From positions 480,001-544,000 of the forward strand of contig OY764216.1 of assembly GCA_963668315.1 (NCBI GenBank): a stretch of DNA of 64,000 bases, written 5' to 3'. The notes under the pieces were generated by a model that did no database searches, was not told the origin of the DNA, and was given only the letters and a program-made list of their open reading frames with translations. A program made the translations under genes and the position numbers. The DNA is from Spirochaetia bacterium. GTDB taxonomy: Bacteria; Spirochaetota; Spirochaetia; DSM-2461. Position 1 is the first letter of the stretch, and every line of letters begins with the position of its first letter. Below, one piece after another: positions 29,500 to 37,700 of the stretch.

Positions 29500-30006
29500 C
29501 TACTTGGCCCGCAGAACAATGGTCAGCTGGTCGGAGTAGTAGCCGGCGGGATAATCTGCCCCTTGAGTATAGTCAATCGTCAGATCTCCCGTATCATCAT
29601 AGGCGGTGGCGCCGGCATTGGAATCGCCCACAGTCAGTCCTACAGTAGCAGGGATGGCGGCAGCGGCCACACCGCCCGCTCCCGTATAGGCTATCTGATA
29701 GGCGACCGGATCGTTATCGTCATTCCTCAAACCGGGGTTTCCGGCGTCGGAGTTGGCGGACGTGACGATGAGAGTCCAGCCCGCCGTATTATTTGTCGCA
29801 ATGGTAATGGCGGCAAGAACTTCACCTGTTACGGCCGCACCACCCGCATCGACAAGATCCAGATTGTCATAATTCGTCCCGGTGGGATCGACCGTTAAGT
29901 CCAGGATAAGGGGAACCACCCCTCCGATGTTAAGGGTATCGCCGTTGGAGGCGAAAACGGGCAGCATCATAAAAACCGCCGATAAAACAATAACTAATTT
30001 CTTCAT
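29500..30006 (-). CDS. Major pilin subunit of the chaperone-usher pilus
   Basis: Sec signal ending VFA; donor-strand-like TLNIGGVV; TNNTAGWTLIVTSAN; C-terminal PAGYYSDQLTIVL; RBS AAGGAG; first gene of the operon. Confidence 0.8.
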   Translation of the reverse strand: MKKLVIVLSAVFMMLPVFASNGDTLNIGGVVPLILDLTVDPTGTNYDNLDLVDAGGAAVTGEVLAAITIATNNTAGWTLIVTSANSDAGNPGLRNDDNDPVAYQIAYTGAGGVAAAAIPATVGLTVGDSNAGATAYDDTGDLTIDYTQGADYPAGYYSDQLTIVLRAK

Positions 30007-30132
30007 GAAAATCTCCTTGTGTGGTGTGTTTGCGCTTTTACAGCGCCATCCACTTTTTTTAAATTACCCCTCACCTCTCTATAGTTTATTCATATAAACG
30101 GGGAATTCAAGCATTTTTTCTTTTTGACTCGG

Positions 30133-30161
30133 TTGACCCGGCCATCGGGGGACGTTAAACT
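30133..30161 (+). promoter_or_regulatory. Sigma70 promoter, probably leaderless, of the dGTPase gene
   Basis: TTGACC-N17-TAAACT, 6 nt before ATG 30168. Confidence 0.65.
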
Positions 30162-30167
30162 TTACTC

Positions 30168-31352
30168 ATGCAGAGTTTACATAAAGATATATCCGAGCAG
30201 ATCGTCCGTTCGAACAGGAAGCGGGAAGAGGCGATTCTTTCTCCCCACGCCTGTTTTTCCGGAGACGCGATCCGCCTGAATCCGGATCGCCTCAAGATGC
30301 CCGACGAGATAAATATGCGGCCCTCCTTTTTCCATGATACGGATAAAATCATCCATTCCCGGGTTTATACCCGCTACATAGATAAAACCCAGGTCTTTTC
30401 CCGCATGGACAACGACCATATAACCCACCGGGTCCTCCATGTACAGCTGGTGGCGAAGATCGCCCGGACCATAGGCCGCTCCCTGGGACTGAACGAAGAC
30501 CTGATAGAAGCCATCTCCCTGGGCCATGATCTGGGACACGTCCCCTACGGCCACGCGGGAGAAAGGGCTCTGAATATTATCTGCGAGCAGGAAGGGATCG
30601 GCTATTTCACCCATGGAGCCCAGAGCATCCGTTCCGTCATGGAACTGGAAAACCAGGGGGCGGGGCTTAACCTGACCCTTCAGACGATGGACGGGATACT
30701 CTGCCATAACGGGGAGCTCTTTTCCAAGAACTACGCTCCGTACAGGCAGAAAACGGTGGAGAAATTTCTTGACGATTACCGTTCCTGCTTTACCGTTCCC
30801 AAGTACCCCAACAAGCTGATTCCCATGACCCTTGAAGGCTGCGTGGTGAGGCTGAGCGACATCATCGCCTATATCGGGCGGGACGTGGAGGATGCCATCA
30901 CGGTGGGACTCATTGAAAGGAGCGAACTGCCCGAAGACGTGTCCCATGTTCTGGGAAGCCGTAACGACGAAATCGTCAACTCCCTGGTCTGCGATATCAT
31001 CAACAACAGTTTCGCCAAGGACGAGCTGGAATTTTCCCCCTTCGTTTTCGACGCTCTCGTTTCCCTGCGAAAGTTCAATTACACAAAGATTTACCTGAAC
31101 GACGCCAATAAAACGGACGAGGAGAAGCTGATTCCCATGTTCCGCTTTCTCTTCGACAGCTTCATGAAGGATCTGGAAAACCACGACTCCTATATCTCCC
31201 GCTGGGCCGAGGAGAAGATCAGTCACAACTACAGGTCGGAAACCCGGGAGAAGCGGATAATCATCGACTATCTGGCCGGTATGACCGACCGCTTCTTCAA
31301 TAAGCAGTATATGGAGAGAGCCCTTCCGAAAATTCGCGGTTACAAGTTTTGA
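30168..31352 (+). CDS. Deoxyguanosinetriphosphate triphosphohydrolase-like HD protein
   Basis: DKTQVF, HRVLHVQLVAKIARTI, LGHDLGHVPYGHAGE, SDIIAY...DVEDA, DYLAGMTD. Confidence 0.9.
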   Translation: MQSLHKDISEQIVRSNRKREEAILSPHACFSGDAIRLNPDRLKMPDEINMRPSFFHDTDKIIHSRVYTRYIDKTQVFSRMDNDHITHRVLHVQLVAKIARTIGRSLGLNEDLIEAISLGHDLGHVPYGHAGERALNIICEQEGIGYFTHGAQSIRSVMELENQGAGLNLTLQTMDGILCHNGELFSKNYAPYRQKTVEKFLDDYRSCFTVPKYPNKLIPMTLEGCVVRLSDIIAYIGRDVEDAITVGLIERSELPEDVSHVLGSRNDEIVNSLVCDIINNSFAKDELEFSPFVFDALVSLRKFNYTKIYLNDANKTDEEKLIPMFRFLFDSFMKDLENHDSYISRWAEEKISHNYRSETREKRIIIDYLAGMTDRFFNKQYMERALPKIRGYKF

Positions 31353-31389
31353 TTTCCATGGTATAATTCCTTTCATCAGGAGGAAAGAG

Positions 31390-31872
31390 ATGAAGAGTCC
31401 CATTTCCCGTATCCTCGTTTATGTAGACGGCAGTGATGAATCCGTATCGGCTGCCATGTACGCCATCATGCTGGCCGCATCGAACCAGGCCGAACTCAGG
31501 GCTCTTTACGTCGTAAACACACGGGCTCTCAATGACCTTCTGAAAAGCCGTATCTTCATAGAATCGGAGCAGGAAGAGTATAAGACCGATCTGGAAAGCG
31601 ATTCGGAGCGGTACCTTAACCACGTGGAAAAGCTGGCGTCCCAGAAGGGCGTCCCCGTGACCCTTTCCAAGCGGAGCGGCTCCATCTTCCAGGAGATTAA
31701 AAACGAAGTTGAGGAGAACGGCATAGACCTTCTGGTTTTCGGGAGGGGTTCCACGGTCAGAAGCCGGCGGGACGAGCTTTACAGCGATACGGAAAGGGCG
31801 GCCAAACTCGTGTCGTGCGCCGTGCTGTTCGCCAAGGACGAAGACAGGATAGACGATCTGTTTGATGAATAA
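31390..31872 (+). CDS. Universal stress protein
   Basis: RILVYVDGS, ALYVVN, IDLLVFG, CAVLFAK; RBS AGGAGG. Confidence 0.88.
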   Translation: MKSPISRILVYVDGSDESVSAAMYAIMLAASNQAELRALYVVNTRALNDLLKSRIFIESEQEEYKTDLESDSERYLNHVEKLASQKGVPVTLSKRSGSIFQEIKNEVEENGIDLLVFGRGSTVRSRRDELYSDTERAAKLVSCAVLFAKDEDRIDDLFDE

Positions 31873-32566
31873 AATTGAAGAACTGAGCAAAACACCGGTC
31901 GTGGTGATTTCGGGCCATTACGGCAGCGGAAAGACGGAAATATCCGTTAACCTGGCCCTGCAGATACGCCAATTAACCTCAGAACCGGTAACCATAGCCG
32001 ATCTGGACCTGATCAATCCCTATTTCCGCAGCCGCGAAAAAAAGGGCTATCTGGAAGAGAGAGACATCCATCTCATCGGCGGTTCCATCGAGGATTCCCA
32101 GACCGGAGTGCCCGCGCTGAGCGCCGAGGTACAGGCCCGTCTGTCGCTGATCCGGGGGGTAATGCTTCTGGACACGGGAGGGGATCCGGAGGGAATTCGC
32201 GTGCTGGGCCGATACGAAGAGGAGCTGACCCGTCTGAGGGAGGAGAAACGCCTGTGCCACTACTTCGTATTCAATCCTTTCAGGCCGGAAACTGCCACTC
32301 CCGAGGCGGGGGAGGCCATGCTCCGGCAAATAGAACAGGGCTCCGGAGTTCCCGTTGACCGGTTGATCTGCAACAGCCATCTGCTGAAAGCGACCGGCCC
32401 GGAGGAAGTTCTCTCCGGATGGCGGATGACCGAAGAGTTAGCCCGGAAGACAAACCTTCCCGCCGCCCTCTGCGCCCTACCGGACTGGGTGGATCCCCCC
32501 GAGGAGATTCCCCGGGAGAAACGGCTCGTTCTGACCCTGCAGATGCGCAGCGGCTGGATGTCGTAA
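31862..32566 (+). CDS. P-loop NTPase (CobQ/MinD/ParA-like nucleotide-binding protein)
   Basis: GHYGSGKTE, ADLDLINPYFRSRE, LDTGGD..G.RVLG. Confidence 0.8.
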   Translation: MMNKIEELSKTPVVVISGHYGSGKTEISVNLALQIRQLTSEPVTIADLDLINPYFRSREKKGYLEERDIHLIGGSIEDSQTGVPALSAEVQARLSLIRGVMLLDTGGDPEGIRVLGRYEEELTRLREEKRLCHYFVFNPFRPETATPEAGEAMLRQIEQGSGVPVDRLICNSHLLKATGPEEVLSGWRMTEELARKTNLPAALCALPDWVDPPEEIPREKRLVLTLQMRSGWMS

Positions 32567-32698
32567 CTGTTCTTTTAGAAAACAAATGCAGAAAATACTC
32601 ACCATCTCTGAATCGTCCGGTTTAATTGTCAAATCGGAGGACAATTTGTTGTTATTATGAAGCTAACGAGGTATATTAATGACTAAACGGAGACACTG

Positions 32699-34738
32699 GT
32701 GTTATTACGACGACTTATTCCCATAGCCCTTCTTTTATGGGGGGGATTTTTCTCTCTCTACTGTCAGCAGGGAATTTCTCTCTCCTTCACTCCCGGCCTG
32801 GATATTCCCACCGGAGGCGGCGACAGGACAACCGGAACATATACCCTTTCGGGGGATACCAATATCTACTCCCTGGGAGGCGGCTTTTCCCTGAACGGAA
32901 ATTGGGGACTGGCGGCCTACCCCTTTTTTCTCTCCGCCGGATTGGACGCCAGTTTCATCAATACCGTGAATGAGCGGATGATGTCCTTTTTCGGACTGAC
33001 CGCCGGCGGCGGCTACTCCTACTCGAATTATCTGCTGGACGCCCGGGGCTATCTGGGCGTGGGAGCCGCCATGGGAACCTACTTCACCGCGAATCCCATC
33101 TCCAATATGTACCTGAAAGGGGGCGGCTCGGTACTCTTCAGCGTGTCCAACACCTTCAGCGTGGGCCCCGCCCTGGAGTACCGCTATTTCCACAATAACT
33201 ATAACGGGATCTTTCTGGGGATTTCCGCCAAATTCGCCCCCGTTCCTCCCATCAGCGAAGATCAGGCCCGCTACATCGGCATTCAGCTGGCACCGGTGTA
33301 CCCCGCCCAGTACCGGAATTATGAGACCTATCCCTCGGGAATCCTCACCTTCGTCAACGGCGAGGATGATGCCATAGAAGACCTGGAAATCGAGTTTTTC
33401 CAGCCCGATTATATGGAAAAGGCCGCCATATGCGGCCGCTACGCCCGGGTGGCTCCGGGGAAAACCGTCTCCGTTCCCATTGCCATACCCTTTACCGAAG
33501 GCATACTCGCCAACGGGAGCGAGGTATCCCTTACCGGCGAGATAAGAGTCCGCTACCGGTACAGGGGACGAACCCGTACACTCAAAACGACCAAGCCCTT
33601 TATTCTGGCCGAATCTCACAGCATCATCGATGACGTTCCGGAGAAAAAAGCCATCTTCATCACACCCGAGGAACCGTCCCTTCACTCCTTCGCCCGCTCC
33701 GTGGCGGATCAGCTTTCGGAAGTGACTGTTACTCCCGTGGACAGGAATTTCCGAACGGCCATGGGACTCTATACGGCCCTGTCCGCCGAAGGGATAAACC
33801 TCAAACTGACCGGGGAAGAGCAGGTAGGAGTGGAAAAGACCTTCCAATACCCCGTGGAGACCCTTGCCCGGAAATCGGGAGAGGAAAAGGATCTGGTCAT
33901 CGCCTACGCCGCCCTTCTCGAGTCGGCAGGCATACCTTCGGCCGTTCTGAATCTTCCCGGTAAAACCATGGCGGCCCTGGGACTGGGACTGCCCCGTTCC
34001 GAAGCGGAAAAAATACTGGACAGGACGGATTATATCGATTACCAGGGCAGGATCTGGATTCCTCTGGATCTGGCGGCCCTTGACCTGGCGGGCTTCATCG
34101 ACGCCTGGATGTCCGGCTCAACCGCCTGGAACACCGCCGCGGAAGACGAGAAGAGCTTCGTTGTCACTGCCGATGCCTGGAATCGGTATAAGCCCGTACT
34201 GAGCTACCCCTATGATGCAGAACAGGGTCCCGCCCCCCTGACGGAAGCCCAGCCGATTCTGGAAGGCTACGAGTCGGAGATTATCTCCTTTATCGAGAAG
34301 AACATCTCCAAGGAAGAAAAAGTGCTGCTGGACCGCATCAACCGCACCGGCGACATCCGCACAAAGAACAGATTGGGAGTTCTGTACGCCCGCTACGGCC
34401 TCATGGACAAGGCCAAGGCCCAGTTCGAACCCCTCTCCTATGACTACGCCCCGGCCGCCGTCAACATGGGAAACATCTTCTACCTGGAAGGGGATTACGT
34501 CAAAGCCTATATAAACTACATCGCCGCGGCCGAAATGAACAAGCAGAACAAATACGCCCTTCTGGGCAAAGCACGTACCGCCCGGGAACTGGGCGAGCAG
34601 GAGACGGCTGAATCGGCCTACAGAGAGCTGAGCGCCGTCGATATCAATCTTGCCATTCCCTTCGCCTATATCGCGGACAGGAATCAGACGCAAGTCAATG
34701 AAACGCTGCGGGAAACCGTTTACTGGATAGAGGAGTGA
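32699..34738 (+). CDS. Exported protein: predicted OM beta-barrel, Ig-like, degenerate transglutaminase-like and TPR domains
   Basis: Signal peptide; amphipathic beta-strands ending GIFLGISAKF; QYPVETL..KSGEEKD...YAALLESAGI; NRLGVLYARYG, NMGNIFYLEGDY TPRs. Confidence 0.75.
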   Translation: MLLRRLIPIALLLWGGFFSLYCQQGISLSFTPGLDIPTGGGDRTTGTYTLSGDTNIYSLGGGFSLNGNWGLAAYPFFLSAGLDASFINTVNERMMSFFGLTAGGGYSYSNYLLDARGYLGVGAAMGTYFTANPISNMYLKGGGSVLFSVSNTFSVGPALEYRYFHNNYNGIFLGISAKFAPVPPISEDQARYIGIQLAPVYPAQYRNYETYPSGILTFVNGEDDAIEDLEIEFFQPDYMEKAAICGRYARVAPGKTVSVPIAIPFTEGILANGSEVSLTGEIRVRYRYRGRTRTLKTTKPFILAESHSIIDDVPEKKAIFITPEEPSLHSFARSVADQLSEVTVTPVDRNFRTAMGLYTALSAEGINLKLTGEEQVGVEKTFQYPVETLARKSGEEKDLVIAYAALLESAGIPSAVLNLPGKTMAALGLGLPRSEAEKILDRTDYIDYQGRIWIPLDLAALDLAGFIDAWMSGSTAWNTAAEDEKSFVVTADAWNRYKPVLSYPYDAEQGPAPLTEAQPILEGYESEIISFIEKNISKEEKVLLDRINRTGDIRTKNRLGVLYARYGLMDKAKAQFEPLSYDYAPAAVNMGNIFYLEGDYVKAYINYIAAAEMNKQNKYALLGKARTARELGEQETAESAYRELSAVDINLAIPFAYIADRNQTQVNETLRETVYWIEE

Positions 34739-34742
34739 TCCG

Positions 34743-37700
34743 ATGAAGAAGTTTTTTTCATCCCTTATATTGAAGACACTCGCGATGACGATGATATTAT
34801 CCCTGGTGCTTTCCGGCTGTTCGGGAAGCCTTTTTCTTCCGATTGTGGAGGAGTATGATGAGGCGAATGCGCCGGAGAAGCCGGTGCTGCCGACGACGGT
34901 GACCCTATCCGTTGATGAATCGGTCTATTACATCGATCCGGAAACGGACAGAATTTACACGAACAGCGATGACCTGAACTTCACGATCACTGCCGCCTCT
35001 GAAGAATCTGGATGGTCCGAATACAAAATCTGGGAAGGGGATTCGGAAAGCAGTGATGATGATTATACGGCTTTCAGTCTGGATTCTTCTCTTTCTGCGT
35101 CAATCTCTTACATCCTGTCCGATACGGCAGAGGGTAAGCATACCGTAAGCGTAAGACTCAGAAATGCCGATGAAGATGTGTCTGATACGGCATCGGCCGT
35201 CATATGGATGGATACGACAGCACCATCCTATACCCTCAAAATTGACGATTCAGACGTCAACCAAAGTACCTCCAGCCTCACCCATGAATTATCATTTGAT
35301 GGCAATATCAGCGATTATAATAAAATGAAGATCTGGAAAAGCGACGAGGATGAACCGGGAGATTCTGCCTATGAGGATTTCTCCGATCCAGTGGATATTA
35401 CAATTGCCGGCAGCGAAGGAGCAACGTACCAATACTACTCCCGCGTTATGGATAAGGCGGGAAATGTTTCATCCCTAATTGTTTCACCAATTTTGACATA
35501 TACATTAAAAAGTCCTACTTTTACATTCACTATCGATTCAACCACGACATCGGCTGCGACGACACAGGACTCGACGATTAATATCTACACAACCATTACA
35601 AATCTCCCTTCTGCCAGCGAAACTGTTTATATCGCCATATGGGACGACACGGAAACGGAGCCGGGAGAGGGTTACACCATTAAATCGGGAGATAGTTTTA
35701 CCCATACCCTCCCTTCTGCCAATGGGGATTATACGGTTAACGTAAGGATCCGCCTGGGATTGGAGAATTACTCTTCGCCAATGTCAAAGGACATACGTTT
35801 TGATGATACACCCCCGGAGATAACAGCCTTTGAAATAAATGAAAGCACCACCCCGGCAGACACGAAAAATAATCTTCTGGATATTGCCCTGACAGCTTCT
35901 GACAACCTACCTGAGAATTCCGGCCTTAAAGCCAAGGTATGGTACGAAGGGCAGGCGGAGATTATGGATTACACCAGTCTTTCGAACCTTACGACGTTTA
36001 CCTTGCCCGATGCCGAGGACACATACACTATGTGGGCCCAGGTAATGGATGAATGCGGTAACGAATCGCTAACGCCCTTCAGCCGGGAAATCACCTATGA
36101 TACGACCGCTCCCTCCATCACGACCTTCACATGTAACGACGGCACATTAACCCGGAATCGTTCAATCAGCTTCCAGTTGGCCGGAGACAGCGATATTGCG
36201 GGATACAGGATTTGGGACTCCTCCGTAATAGAGCCGACAACCTATACGGACTGGACCAATGGAGACGGAGACATTTCCTATACCCTGCCCGATACGGTCG
36301 GGGACCATACCGTGTCAATCAGGGTAAAAGACGAGGCGGGCAATGCATCTGTAGCATCATGGACAATCACCTATGATTCGGATAAACCTTCCCTCTCTTT
36401 TCTTATCAATAGTGGGGATGCAGAGACAAATACAGCGGGAGTTACCTTGACGGTAACAACTTCCAGCGACGTGACGGGCATTAAAATATGGGAAGGCGAT
36501 ATCGATTCGGATGAGCCTTCCTCTTACACGGCTTACAGCACATCATCCATAGCACACACGCTTGTTAATTATGCGAATGGAAGCACGTCCACCATCTATA
36601 TGAGAGTTCAGGATGAGGCGGGCAATGAATCCGATGTGGCCACCGCCACCATCATTTATGATATTTCCATCAGCCCGCCAGGTCTGGTAGTAGACCAGGG
36701 AACCGTCACGGCCACCGATACTATCGATCTGACCCTGACGGCGGACAGCGATGTGCATGAAATGAAGCTCTGGCAGGGAACTCTTGCAGACATCCCAGGC
36801 TCCTATTCAGAATTCTCCGGAGCGATTACAGATTACCAGATAATAAACGCCATAAGCGGTAACGATTATAATCTATTCCTAAGAGTTCGAGACGATGCAG
36901 GCAACGAATCGACCATAACCCAGGTAACAGTGACTTACAACTCCAACACGCCGGAGGTGATTCTGACAATCAATGGCGGAGATTACGCATCCGATTCGCC
37001 GACGCTGAATCTGACAATAGCGTCCACGGCCCCTGAGGGGACAACCGTAGACGAGATGAAGATTTGGATATCTCCGGACGAAACCGAATCATCCGTCACA
37101 TGGATTCCCTATAGTACTGCCGCGGAAAGGACAGTAAGTACGGAAGGCACATATGAGGTTAATATCATAGTAAGGAACGATGCGGATACAGAATCGGGAA
37201 CGGTAACGAAAACCTATATCTACGATACGCAAGCTCCCGATATAACTTCGGCAACCCTTACGGTCAACAGTTCGACCGATACGGTCTATACTAACCAGAC
37301 CGGCGTATCTCTCGGGATCAGCGGAGTAGAAGATAACATAGACGTCCACGCTATGAAGATCTGGTCCGGCTCCTCAGAGCCCGCCGATACGGATTATATA
37401 CTTTACGCGGCGTCTACGACAGCCACACTAACCGACAGCGATGCGACCTATACGGTCAAGATCCGTTTTCGTGACGAAGCAGGCAATGTATCGGACATAC
37501 TTGAATCCTCATCGGTCATTTATGATAATACTCCGCCAGAGCTAAATCTTACTGCCAATGTGACTTCTCCCACCAATTCCGATACGGTAACCCTGACTTT
37601 CGGTGCAACAGATGCGTCTCCCATGGAAGTTCAATATCGGGCCGATAGCGATTCTTTCCCGGATTACATAGACTTTACCAACTCATGGACTGACAACCTC

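Noticed and set aside
30007..30130. c-di-GMP riboswitch or invertible phase switch upstream of the pilin
   Set aside because: No GEMM consensus, no flanking inverted repeats and no recombinase; only a short GCGC stem and a TG-extended -10-like TAAACT
30168..31352. Anti-phage dGTPase defence system
   Set aside because: Looks like the short housekeeping-type dGTPase, with no defence genes nearby
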